DNA of 64,000 nt from Candidatus Eiseniibacteriota bacterium (GTDB taxonomy: Bacteria > Eisenbacteria > RBG-16-71-46). How positions within the stretch are numbered: the stretch's first letter is position 1; each line of letters starts with the position of its first letter. The DNA lies in contig JBGAML010000018.1 in the NCBI GenBank assembly GCA_044223005.1, positions 32,001-96,000 of the forward strand. The letters run 5' to 3'. Both the position numbers and the translations under genes were made by a program. The notes below the pieces were generated by a model that made no database searches, was not told the origin of the DNA, and worked only from the letters and a program-made list of their open reading frames with translations. Positions 48,326-57,333 of the stretch are shown piece after piece.

Positions 48326-48464
48326 GTGGGTCTTTCGTCGAGTGTGGTACGCCAGTGACCGTCGTGATCCGCAGTACCGAGACGTCGCCCGGTTCGCCGA
48401 CCCCGCCTCGTCGCCTGAGTCGCCTCAGCAGGTGCGCCTGCTGGGGCATTCGTGTTTGACCCAC
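48326..48464 (+). ncRNA. Candidate structured cis-regulatory 5' leader RNA
   Basis: Nested pairings GUGGGUC/GACCCAC, CGAGUGU/GCAUUCG and GGUAC/GUACC, plus hairpin GCCUCAGCAGG-UGCG-CCUGCUGGGGC. Confidence 0.45.
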
Positions 48465-48501
48465 CCACCATCACCCGTTTCGCGAGACGCTCGGAGAAGC
48501 C

Positions 48502-49161
48502 ATGAGTACCGGGGACAAGAGCATCACCTGCGTGGACTGCGGCGAGGAGTTCATCTTCACCGCGGGTGAGCAGGCCTTCTATCGCGAGCGCGGACTGCCG
48601 AACGAGCCCACGCGTTGCAAGCGCTGTCGTGACGCCCGCAAGGCGCAGCGCGGCGACGGCGGTCACGGAGGCGGCGGTGGCTACGGCGGTGGTGGCGGCT
48701 ACGGTGGTGGTGGTGGGTACGGCGGACGTGGCGGCGGTGGCGACAAGACGATGTACGCGGCGACGTGCTCCAACTGCGGCCGCGACACGCAGGTGCCCTT
48801 CCAGCCGACCGCGGGCCGGCCCGTGCTCTGCCGCGACTGCTTCCAGGCGTCCAAGGGTGGCCCGCCGCAGCGCTCGGGCGGTCACGGGGGCCACGGTGGT
48901 CACGGCGTCGGCGGTGGCGGCTCGCGCCCTCCGCGCGAGCCCGTCGGCCCGACCGAAGGCCACATGACCGGTGCGGTCAAGTGGTTCAACGACTCCAAGG
49001 GCTTCGGCTTCATCCAGGCCGATTCCGGTGAGGACGTGTTCGTGCACTTCTCCGCCATCTCCGGCGACGGCTTCAAGTCGCTGGCGGAAGGCGATCGTGT
49101 CGAGTTCGACGTCGTTTCCGGGCCCAAGGGCAAGCAGGCCGCCAACGTCGTTCGTGCCTGA
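48502..49161 (+). CDS. Zinc-ribbon + CxxC-x17-CxxC + Gly-rich + cold-shock-domain protein
   Basis: [18 protein letters not shown]...RCKRC, (GGGGY)3, CSNC-x17-[17 protein letters not shown]...DVFVHFSAI. Confidence 0.92.
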   Translation: MSTGDKSITCVDCGEEFIFTAGEQAFYRERGLPNEPTRCKRCRDARKAQRGDGGHGGGGGYGGGGGYGGGGGYGGRGGGGDKTMYAATCSNCGRDTQVPFQPTAGRPVLCRDCFQASKGGPPQRSGGHGGHGGHGVGGGGSRPPREPVGPTEGHMTGAVKWFNDSKGFGFIQADSGEDVFVHFSAISGDGFKSLAEGDRVEFDVVSGPKGKQAANVVRA

Positions 49162-49190
49162 AGCCCGCGCGGCCGCGCGCCGATAATCCT

Positions 49191-49243
49191 TCCGGGCCTC
49201 CGCGCCCGGGCCGTCCTGCCCGGGCGGCTCGCGGAGGCCCGGA
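49191..49243 (+). terminator. Long GC hairpin after the cold-shock gene
   Basis: TCCGGGCCTCCGCG...CGCGGAGGCCCGGA with inner CCCGGGC arms. No U tract. Confidence 0.45.
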
Positions 49244-49269
49244 CGTCATCCCCTCGGAAACGTCTCGTG

Positions 49270-50922
49270 ATGCTCGAAACCCTGAAAGCCTTCACGGCGC
49301 TCAGTGAGGAGTTCGTCGAACTCTTCATGAAGCACCACCCCGTGGCCGCCACCGAGGCGGGCATCCACGACTACGACCACCTCCTGCCGAACGATTCCCC
49401 GGACGGCATGAAGGAACGGGCGGCGTGGCTGCGCGATCTCGAGCAGCGGCTGGTGGCATCCGTGCCGTGGGACGAACTGCCGCTCGAAGCGCGCGTGGAC
49501 TTCGCACTGCTGCGCTCGCGCATCTCCGCGCTCCGCTGCGAGCTCGAGGAGATCAAGGCGCCACAGCGCACGCCGTCACTCTTCCTGATGCGCGCGTTCC
49601 GCAGCGTGCACCTGCTGCTCTCGCGGTCGTTCGCGCCGCTCGACGAGCGCAAGGAGGCGGTGGTCGCGCGGCTCATGGCGATCCCCGACTACCTCGAGGG
49701 CGCGCAGGCGAACCTCGTCGGCGTGCCGCCGGAGCTGCTCGAGGCCGGCATCGGCCTCGCGGCGCGCGGTCCCGCGTTCGTCGACGACGTCGTGCGCCGG
49801 CTGCTGCGCCAGTTCCCGGGCGAGGCCGAGCGCCTCGAGCACGCGGGCAGCCGCGCGCGCTCGGGATTCCTGCGCCTGCACGACCACCTCGAGAAGGAAC
49901 GCAGCACCGACCGCCGCATTTCGTTCGCGCTGAGCGAGCGCTGGATCAACTACAAGCTCGACCGCGAGCACCTGCTGGGCACCACCGCGCCGCAGGTCGA
50001 GCAGCTCGCCCGCGACCGCATGGAGATCTCGCTCCGCCAGATGGAGGACGAGGCGCGCCGCGCGGCGCCCGGCCGCTCGTGGCGGGAGCTGGTCGCCGAA
50101 GGGCGCGAGCGCCGGCCGGAAGCGGGCTGGCTGCGCGAGGTCTACGCGGCCGAGATCGAGCGCGCGAAACGCTTCGCGCTGGAGCACCGGCTGGTGCCCG
50201 TGCCCGAGCGCGACCGGCTCGAAGTCGCCGAAACGCCGCTCTACACGCGCGACTTCTCGCCGCAGTCCAGCTACCAGGGCCCCGCGCCGTTCGACAACGA
50301 CGCGCAGGCGCTGTTCCAGTTCACGCCGATCGATCCGCGCCGCGACAAGGAAGCCCAGACCCAGCAGCTCGCCGGGCACTGCCTGCCGATGCTGCCGATC
50401 ATCGCGTTGCGCGAGACGTGGCCCGGCCTGCACGTGCTGCACACGCACGCGGCGAACGCCGGCACCCGGCTGCGCCGCATGGCGCGCAGCGACGCCATGA
50501 TGGGTGGCTGGGCCGCCTACGCCGAGGACCTCATGAGCGAGACCGGGTTCCTCGACTCCGATCCGCTCGCACCGCTCTTCTCGCGCCTGGTTTCGTACCG
50601 GCGCGCGTACGCCGCCATGCTCGACATCGCGCTGCACTGCGGCCGCATCACGCCGCCGGAGGCCGAACAGCAGCTCGTCACCGAGACGCTGCTCGAGCCC
50701 GAGGACGCCGCGGCGGTCGTCCGCGAATGCTGCGTCGCGCCGACGCGCGCCGCGGCCGCGTTCATGGGCCGGCTGGTGCTGCTCGATCTGCGCGACGAGG
50801 CGCGGCGCCGTGCCGGGGACCGGTTCGACCACGCGAAGCTGCACGCTGCGATCTGTGCGGGCGGGATCCTGCCGCCGGCGCTGGTGGGCGAGGAGCTGTG
50901 GGAAAGGCTGGGCGCGTCCTGA
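49270..50922 (+). CDS. DUF885-family protein with degenerate metal motif
   Basis: P..AT..G.HDYD..L, ARL..IP.YL, ETWPG.H, GWAAYAE, D..LH, G.F....H......G..P. Confidence 0.8.
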   Translation: MLETLKAFTALSEEFVELFMKHHPVAATEAGIHDYDHLLPNDSPDGMKERAAWLRDLEQRLVASVPWDELPLEARVDFALLRSRISALRCELEEIKAPQRTPSLFLMRAFRSVHLLLSRSFAPLDERKEAVVARLMAIPDYLEGAQANLVGVPPELLEAGIGLAARGPAFVDDVVRRLLRQFPGEAERLEHAGSRARSGFLRLHDHLEKERSTDRRISFALSERWINYKLDREHLLGTTAPQVEQLARDRMEISLRQMEDEARRAAPGRSWRELVAEGRERRPEAGWLREVYAAEIERAKRFALEHRLVPVPERDRLEVAETPLYTRDFSPQSSYQGPAPFDNDAQALFQFTPIDPRRDKEAQTQQLAGHCLPMLPIIALRETWPGLHVLHTHAANAGTRLRRMARSDAMMGGWAAYAEDLMSETGFLDSDPLAPLFSRLVSYRRAYAAMLDIALHCGRITPPEAEQQLVTETLLEPEDAAAVVRECCVAPTRAAAAFMGRLVLLDLRDEARRRAGDRFDHAKLHAAICAGGILPPALVGEELWERLGAS

Positions 50923-51779
50923 TCCGTTTCCCCCGACTCGCGGCGGCGCTCGCGTTCGTCGGCCTGCTGGGCGCCGTGCCGGCGTTCGCCGTCGAGCCCT
51001 CGACCCGCTACGCCATCGACCCGAAGCGGACCGGGCTGGTGTTCGAGGACGTGAACTTCCCGGCGGCCATGGACAGCGCGCGGATCCACGGCTGGTGGTT
51101 CCGTGCCGCCGCGCCGGGTCCTGTCGTGGTGCTGTGCCCGCGCGGCAAGGGCAACATGGCCGACCTGCTGCCGGCCGTCGTCGAGTTCGCGCGCCGCGGC
51201 TTCACGGTCATGACGTTCGACTACCGCGACTTCGGCCCCGGCGGCGCCGGCGCGACCGACACGCTGCGCAACGTGATCTTCGCGTCGCGCTGGGTGGACG
51301 ACGCCGAGGGCGCGTTCCGCTTCGCGCGATCGCGCGCGGAGGGGCAGCCCGTTTTCGGCTGGGGACAGGACCTCGGCGCCACCGTCGCGCTCACGGTCAC
51401 CGGGCGCGAGCGGCGCCTCGTCGACGGCATCGCGATCGAAGGCGTCTTCCGCAGCACCGAGGAGCAGCTCGCGTACCTCGGGCTCTCGCAGGACCCCAAC
51501 GTGATGCGCCGCCATCGCGAACTCGTCCGCCCGATGGACGAACCCAACGTCGTGGTGAGCCGCGCCTACGTCGGGCTCCTCCTGGTGCTCGCGGGCAAGG
51601 ACGATGTGACGCCGCAGGCGACCACGCTCGAACTGCTCGGCACCGCGCGGCCGGGGCCGGTGCGCTACCTGCTGCCCGAGGCGGGCCACGACGGCGCGGA
51701 GAAGACGCCGGGCTACTTCGACCGCGTCGCGGAGTGGATCCGGCTCAAGACCCGCATGCTCACGCGCCCCGGGCGTTGA
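50898..51779 (+). CDS. Exported alpha/beta hydrolase with an Asp in the nucleophile elbow
   Basis: P...GL.FEDV.F, IHGWW, FDYR.FG, GQDLG, AGKDD.TP, AGH. Signal peptide; start uncertain (50898 or 50919). Confidence 0.78.
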   Translation: MGKAGRVLIRFPRLAAALAFVGLLGAVPAFAVEPSTRYAIDPKRTGLVFEDVNFPAAMDSARIHGWWFRAAAPGPVVVLCPRGKGNMADLLPAVVEFARRGFTVMTFDYRDFGPGGAGATDTLRNVIFASRWVDDAEGAFRFARSRAEGQPVFGWGQDLGATVALTVTGRERRLVDGIAIEGVFRSTEEQLAYLGLSQDPNVMRRHRELVRPMDEPNVVVSRAYVGLLLVLAGKDDVTPQATTLELLGTARPGPVRYLLPEAGHDGAEKTPGYFDRVAEWIRLKTRMLTRPGR

Positions 51780-51795
51780 CGCCGCGGAAGAACGA

Positions 51796-51828
51796 ACGGG
51801 GGCGGGACCCGGCTGGGTCCCGCCCCCG
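51796..51828. terminator. Hairpin between convergent genes
   Basis: CGGGGGCGGGACCC-GGCT-GGGTCCCGCCCCCG. Confidence 0.6.
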
Positions 51829-51846
51829 CGCTTCTTGCCGCGAGCG

Positions 51847-53208
51847 TCAGTGCGCCGGGAACAGCTGGCGCAGCGCCGGCTGCAGGCCTTCGATCTTCAG
51901 GCCGACGAACGCGTCCACCGCGTCGTCACCGGCGATCGCCGGGCGGGCCGCCGAGCTCGTGGTCGAGGCCACGTCGGCCGGATTCACGTGCGGGATCGTG
52001 GCGCCGAAGCGGGTGTTCACCGCGTCGATCATCGTGTTGGCGATGAGCGCGTGGCCGAGATCGGTCGGGTGCACGCCGTCGAGGCTGAAGAGCCCGCCGG
52101 TCACGAACGCCGTCGTGTAGTGCGTCGCACCGAGCGTGTAGCCCTCGGTCGCGATGCGCGACAGCAGCCCGTTCAGGTCCACCTTCACGACCCACGGACG
52201 CAGCGCGACCGAGTCGACCGCCGCGTTCATCTGCGAGATCGCCAGGTTGAGTGCGTCCTGCTCGGACGCCGACAGCACGACCGCGTCCGGCAGGCCCACG
52301 CCCGTGCCCGGCGCCGCCGGGTTGATGTAGTTGTAGCTGCCGACCGGGAAGCCAGCGCCCGTCGCGAGCAGGCCCTGCGCGGTGAGCAGCACCAGGTCCT
52401 TGGTCGGGTCCAGCGGGCCCGAGGGACCGATGAGCGGCACGACGAGCCCGGTGGTGAGGCTCTTCGTGTACGGCTTGAACGTGGTGCAGAACGGGATCGC
52501 GGTCACGGGCGGCACGTTGAAGATCGCGAGCTTCGCGTTCGGCACCGCGGCGTGGATCGCGTTCATCGAGCCCGTGACGATCGCGGCGTACTGCGCGGGC
52601 GGCACCGGGAGCGTGCTCACGCCGGCGGTCGCCGAGCCGAGCACCTCGTTGGCGCCGTATTCCCACGAAATGAACGTCGGGCCCTGCCGCAGCATCTGCT
52701 GCGCGATCGTGCCCTGGTGCCGGCCGACGAGCGCGAAGAACGGGTTCGTCGGATAGCGGGTCGAGTCGCCGAAGTCGAAGGCGATCGCACCGGGCACGCC
52801 GAGGTTCTGGTAGTCGTGCGCCCAGAGCGCGTTGATGGGATTGCCCGGCGAGAGGCCGCTGTTCGAGATGATCGGCGGCGAGATCGACCGGAGCTGCAGC
52901 AGCGGGTTGATGCCGTTGCCGTCGACGGCGGGGAACGAGAACGTCCCCTGGCCGCTCGCGAGCACGGTGTAGCCCACCTGCTGCGCGAACAGGGCCGGGA
53001 ACGAGGTCACCTGGTGCCGGTTGACGACACCGCTCGACTGGTAGCCGGCCGAGATGCTGGTGCCGGCGGCGACGTAGCGCGTGAAGTCCGCCGTGCCGCT
53101 CGTCAGCTCGGGCGCGTTGATGGCGTCGATCTTGTCGCAGGGTCCCTGGCAGCCGGCGATGAACGCGGCGAGCACCAGGACCGGCGCGAAGCGAATGTAC
53201 TTCTTCAT
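51847..53208 (-). CDS. SGNH/GDSL-family lipolytic lipoprotein
   Basis: Lipobox IAG-C, block I GTSISAG, NLGVPGA, GANE, block V SLDGVHP. Confidence 0.87.
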   Translation of the reverse strand: MKKYIRFAPVLVLAAFIAGCQGPCDKIDAINAPELTSGTADFTRYVAAGTSISAGYQSSGVVNRHQVTSFPALFAQQVGYTVLASGQGTFSFPAVDGNGINPLLQLRSISPPIISNSGLSPGNPINALWAHDYQNLGVPGAIAFDFGDSTRYPTNPFFALVGRHQGTIAQQMLRQGPTFISWEYGANEVLGSATAGVSTLPVPPAQYAAIVTGSMNAIHAAVPNAKLAIFNVPPVTAIPFCTTFKPYTKSLTTGLVVPLIGPSGPLDPTKDLVLLTAQGLLATGAGFPVGSYNYINPAAPGTGVGLPDAVVLSASEQDALNLAISQMNAAVDSVALRPWVVKVDLNGLLSRIATEGYTLGATHYTTAFVTGGLFSLDGVHPTDLGHALIANTMIDAVNTRFGATIPHVNPADVASTTSSAARPAIAGDDAVDAFVGLKIEGLQPALRQLFPAH

Positions 53209-53228
53209 GGTCGTCAGGTCCTCCCGGA

Positions 53229-54527
53229 TCACCAGTGGTAGCCGAGGCTCGCGCCGAAGCCGTTCACGTAGCTCTTGTACGTTCCGTTGTAGCCGTCACG
53301 CTCGGCTCCGTTCGTGCTGCGGTCCTCGACGAAGAGCGCGAGGTTGTAGGCGTCGAGCTGCCAGGCCTTGTTCTTGCCGAACGGCTTGCCGATGCCGACG
53401 GTGACGCCGTGGCGGTTGGCGTCCGGAAGCAGCGGCGTGACGGACTCGGAGGGCGCGGCCTCCTGATCGAAGTAGTAGCCGAAGCGGTACGTCCAGTTCG
53501 GCAGCCGGTGCTCTGCACCGAAGTTGAAGCGCCAGGAATCGTTGTAGTCCTCGGGGATCGCCGTGCTCTTTTCGGGCGACTTGGAGAACGAGAGCGGCAG
53601 TTCGTCGAAGAACGACCACTTGGTCTGGTTCGCGTCCACTTCCCACGTCCAATCGGGCGTCGGGTTCCACGCCGCGCCGATGGAGAGGATCGAGGGGAAC
53701 ATCAGCCACGCCGTGGCCTTCTGGTTCGGCGGGATCTGCGCCGCGGCGGCGTTGTCGAAGGCCGTGTTGCCCGTCAGGATCTGCGTGAACGTCGCGTCGC
53801 CGTCGTCGATCTTCACGTGCACGCGCGCGCGGTAGTTCAAGCCGAACTTCCATTCCGGCTCGGGCGTCCAGAGCGCGCCCGCGTTCCACGTGTAGTTGGG
53901 CGTATAGCCGCCTTTCAGGTTCACGTGTGCCACGTTGACCTGGCCGCCGCCACCGCCCGGCACGAGCGCCAGCGTGACGTTGTTCAGCTCGACGCCGGCG
54001 AAGAGCGCATCGAAGCCGGCCCCGAGGCTCCACTGGTCGTTGACCGCGTACGACGCGCACAGGCTGGCGTTGATCGTGCGCAGCGTCGCCTTGGTCACGC
54101 GGCTGCGGCCCGTGAACGTGTCCGGGTTCTTCCAGTCGACGCCCAGGCCGAACGGCGCGTTCACGCCGACGCCGTACGCCCACTTCTTCGACAGCCGGTT
54201 CGTCCAGTAGACCGTCGGCGGGAAGAAGTTGCCCGGGTTCATCTCCTCCTGGACGCCGAAGCCCGGCGCCGGGTCGATGCCCGCGAAGCTCGTGCGCGTC
54301 GACAGCCACGTGTCGCCGACCGAGATCTGGTGGCCGTCGAGGCGGACGATCGCGGCCGGGTTGAAGAACACGGCCGACGGATCGCTGACCGACGCGGTGT
54401 GGGCGCCGGCCATGCCGAGCGCGGCGGCACCTTGCTCGAAGATGCCGTAGCCCGCGCCCCACGCGAGGCCGGGCGTCACGATGGCCGCCGCGAGCGCGGC
54501 CGCGAGCACGGATCGATGGAGGTTCAT
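53229..54527 (-). CDS. fadL: FadL/OmpP1/TodX outer-membrane long-chain fatty acid transporter
   Basis: AGYGIFEQ...GMAGA...DPSAVFFNPAA hatch, APFGL, PLLPD, C-terminal YHW. Confidence 0.88.
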   Translation of the reverse strand: MNLHRSVLAAALAAAIVTPGLAWGAGYGIFEQGAAALGMAGAHTASVSDPSAVFFNPAAIVRLDGHQISVGDTWLSTRTSFAGIDPAPGFGVQEEMNPGNFFPPTVYWTNRLSKKWAYGVGVNAPFGLGVDWKNPDTFTGRSRVTKATLRTINASLCASYAVNDQWSLGAGFDALFAGVELNNVTLALVPGGGGGQVNVAHVNLKGGYTPNYTWNAGALWTPEPEWKFGLNYRARVHVKIDDGDATFTQILTGNTAFDNAAAAQIPPNQKATAWLMFPSILSIGAAWNPTPDWTWEVDANQTKWSFFDELPLSFSKSPEKSTAIPEDYNDSWRFNFGAEHRLPNWTYRFGYYFDQEAAPSESVTPLLPDANRHGVTVGIGKPFGKNKAWQLDAYNLALFVEDRSTNGAERDGYNGTYKSYVNGFGASLGYHW

Positions 54528-54585
54528 GAGACCCCTTCCTGGATTGTGTGCCGGCGGGGGTGCCGGCGGGAATGGCGCCCGGACG

Positions 54586-56379
54586 TCAGGCGCCTTCGGC
54601 GTAAAGCGATTCGATGAGGCTCTCGAACTTCTGGGTGACGATCCGCCGCCGCACCTTGAGCGTGGGCGTGAGTTCGCCGGCGTCCTGGCTGAGGTCGCGA
54701 TCGAGCAGCGCGAAGCGCTTGATCGTCTCGAACTGGGCGAGGTCCGCGTTGAGCTTGTCGATCTGGTGCTGGATGCGCCCCACGACCTCCGGATGCCGCA
54801 GCAGCTCCTGGCGCGAACCGTACGCCCAACCGCGTTCCTTCGCTCGCTGCTCGAGCAGCGCGAAGTTCGGTACGATGAGGCAGATGCAGTACGGGCGGTG
54901 GTCGCCGAGCATGACGGCTTCGGAGATCCACTTGGAGCGCTTGAGCCGCCCCTCGAGCGGCTGCGGCGCGACCTTCTTGCCGCCCGCCGTCACGAGCAGG
55001 TCCTTGAGCCGGTCGGTGATCACGAGGAAGCCGTCGGCGTCGAGGTGGCCGACGTCGCCGGTGTGGAACCAGCCGTCCACGATCGCCGCCTTCGTCGCCT
55101 CGTCGTTGCGGAAGTAGCCGCGCATCACGTGCGGCCCGCGCGTGAGGATCTCGCCCTCGTCGCCGATCCGCACCTCGATCCCGGGCAGCGCCGGACCCAC
55201 GGCGCCGGGCTTCTCGCGCCCGGGCGGGTTCAGGCAGATGACGGGCGAGGTCTCGGTGAGGCCGTAGCCTTCGAGCACGGGGATCCCGACGGCGAAGAAG
55301 AACTCCATGATCTTGGGAGCGAGCGGCGCGCCGCCGGACACGCAGAGCCGGAGCTTGCCGCCGACGCGCTCGCGGATCTTGGCCCCGACGAGGTGGTCGG
55401 CGATCCCCGCCTGCAGCGCGAGCAGCCCGGACGGCTGGCGGCCGGCGAAGCGCTCCTGCGCGGCCTTCGTGCCCACGCGCACGCCCCAGTTGAAGATCAC
55501 GCGCCGGATCATCGGCTGCGTGCGCGCGTTGTCCATCACGCGGGCGTAGACCTTCTCGAAGAACCGCGGCACGCCGATCAGCACGGTCGGGTGCACGTCC
55601 ATCGAGTCCGCGGCCACCGTCTCGAGGCTCTGGGCGTAGGCGATCGTGACGCCCGCCTGCAGCATGCAGAACTGGCCGGCCATGCGTTCGAGGATGTGGC
55701 AGAGGGGCAGGAACGAGATGCAGCGCTCGTGCGAGGCCAGGTCGATCACCTTCAGGCCCGCCTCCACGTTCGAGCAGACGTTGCCGTGCGTCAGCATGGC
55801 GCCCTTGGGCTCGCCCGTGGTGCCCGACGTGTAGATGATGGTCGCGATGTCGTCGCGCTTCACGGCGAGCGCGCCCCGGCGGAACGCCTCCGGGTCGGCG
55901 GCGCGCCGGCGGGCGCCCTCGGCAAGCAGGTCGGCGAACGAGCGCGAGCGGCCGCGCGTGGGCGGGGCCGGCTCCATGGCGACGATCGCCTCCAGCTTCG
56001 GGAGCGAGTCGGCGAGCTGGGCGAGCTTGTCGAGCTGCGCCGGCGTGGACACGATCGCCACGCGCGCCTCGGAGTTCTCGAGGATGTGGCGCACCTGCTG
56101 CGCCGTCAGCGTGGGGTAGATCGGCACGGTGATCGCGCCCAGGCCGAGGATGGCGAGGTCGCTCACGGCCCACTCGTAGCGGTTTTCCGACAGCAGCGCG
56201 ACACGGTCGCCGGCGCCGATGCCCATCGAGGCCAGGCCGAGCGCGAAGCTCTCGACGTCGGCGTGCGCCTGCGACGCGCCGATCGACTCCCAGCCCACCG
56301 CGTTCTTGCGCATGAAAAGCGCGCGCGGTCCGCCTCTCTCGATCCGTTCGAGGAAGATCCGGATCAGCGTCTCGGGCAT
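54586..56379 (-). CDS. fadD: Long-chain fatty acid-CoA ligase
   Basis: IIYTSGTTGEPKG, FLPLCH, SGGAPL, EGYGLTE, GWFHTGD, DRLKD. GGAGG RBS. Confidence 0.92.
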   Translation of the reverse strand: MPETLIRIFLERIERGGPRALFMRKNAVGWESIGASQAHADVESFALGLASMGIGAGDRVALLSENRYEWAVSDLAILGLGAITVPIYPTLTAQQVRHILENSEARVAIVSTPAQLDKLAQLADSLPKLEAIVAMEPAPPTRGRSRSFADLLAEGARRRAADPEAFRRGALAVKRDDIATIIYTSGTTGEPKGAMLTHGNVCSNVEAGLKVIDLASHERCISFLPLCHILERMAGQFCMLQAGVTIAYAQSLETVAADSMDVHPTVLIGVPRFFEKVYARVMDNARTQPMIRRVIFNWGVRVGTKAAQERFAGRQPSGLLALQAGIADHLVGAKIRERVGGKLRLCVSGGAPLAPKIMEFFFAVGIPVLEGYGLTETSPVICLNPPGREKPGAVGPALPGIEVRIGDEGEILTRGPHVMRGYFRNDEATKAAIVDGWFHTGDVGHLDADGFLVITDRLKDLLVTAGGKKVAPQPLEGRLKRSKWISEAVMLGDHRPYCICLIVPNFALLEQRAKERGWAYGSRQELLRHPEVVGRIQHQIDKLNADLAQFETIKRFALLDRDLSQDAGELTPTLKVRRRIVTQKFESLIESLYAEGA

Positions 56380-56538
56380 GAGGCCTCCTGCCTCGATCAT
56401 GTGGGGGGCGCGCGATGAAACGCTTCGGAAACCCGCGATTCCTAACACCGTGCTCTTGCGTTTGACAATGCCGAAAAGGTTGCCGCAAGGTGGCAGTTGG
56501 CGGCGCATGGAGCGCCGCGACCGTGTGGAGGTACCCCG

Positions 56539-57333
56539 ATGCCGCGAGCCCTGCAGGCCCGCACCGCCCGGTGCCTGGCCGCCCTTCTCGTCGCTCTGGC
56601 CGCGCTGGTCGCCGTTCCCGCCGCACGTGCCCGTTCGGCCGACGAATGGCTCGCGGACGGCGATCGCGAGTACGCCGCGGCCCGGCTACCCGAAGCTCAG
56701 CGCGCCTACGCCGCAGCGGTGCAGGCCTCCCCGACGCATTTCGCGGCCCTCTGCCGGCTCTCGCGCACCGAATCCGAGCTCGGGGAGCTCCAGAAAGGCG
56801 ACGTCCAGCGCCGCACCCGCGCCTCCGCGGCCGATCACGCCCGCGCGGCGATCAAGGTCGCGCCGGACTCGGCCGGCGGGCACGTCTGCCTCGCCGTGGC
56901 CCTCGGGCGCCAGGCGCTCTCCGAAGGCCCGCGCACCAAGCTGGCGATGTCGCGCGAGATCAAGTCCGAGGTCGACCGCGCGCTCGAGCTGGATCCCAAC
57001 GTCGGCCGGGCGTGGCACGTGCTCGCGATGTGGAACGTGAAGCTCGCCGACCTGAGCGCGATCGAGCGCATGGCGGCCAACGCGGTTCTCGGCGGCGTCC
57101 CGAAGGGCGCCTCGCACGAGAACGCCGAGAACGCGTTCCGCAAGGCGATCGCGCTCGAACCCGCTTACGTGAACCACCGGCTCGAGTATGGCCGGTTCCT
57201 GCACGACCAGCATCGCGACGCCGACGCGCGGCGCGAGCTGGAAAAGGCGGTCTCGCTGCCGCCGACGAGCGATGCGCTCGACGCCCAGTACCAGGCGGAG
57301 GCGCGCGCGCTGCTCGGCAAGCTGAAGAAGTGA
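56539..57333 (+). CDS. Exported TPR protein, RMDN/PTPIP51-like
   Basis: Signal peptide and helical repeats: ALELDP...WHVLAMW...ADL..IER..A...GG.P..S.E.A...F.KA..L.P. GGAGG RBS. Confidence 0.8.
   Translation: MPRALQARTARCLAALLVALAALVAVPAARARSADEWLADGDREYAAARLPEAQRAYAAAVQASPTHFAALCRLSRTESELGELQKGDVQRRTRASAADHARAAIKVAPDSAGGHVCLAVALGRQALSEGPRTKLAMSREIKSEVDRALELDPNVGRAWHVLAMWNVKLADLSAIERMAANAVLGGVPKGASHENAENAFRKAIALEPAYVNHRLEYGRFLHDQHRDADARRELEKAVSLPPTSDALDAQYQAEARALLGKLKK

Noticed and set aside
48660..48740. Short tandem repeat (GGCGGTGGCTAC-like) as a possible CRISPR or VNTR
   Set aside because: It is the in-frame GGGGY coding repeat, with no spacers or cas genes.
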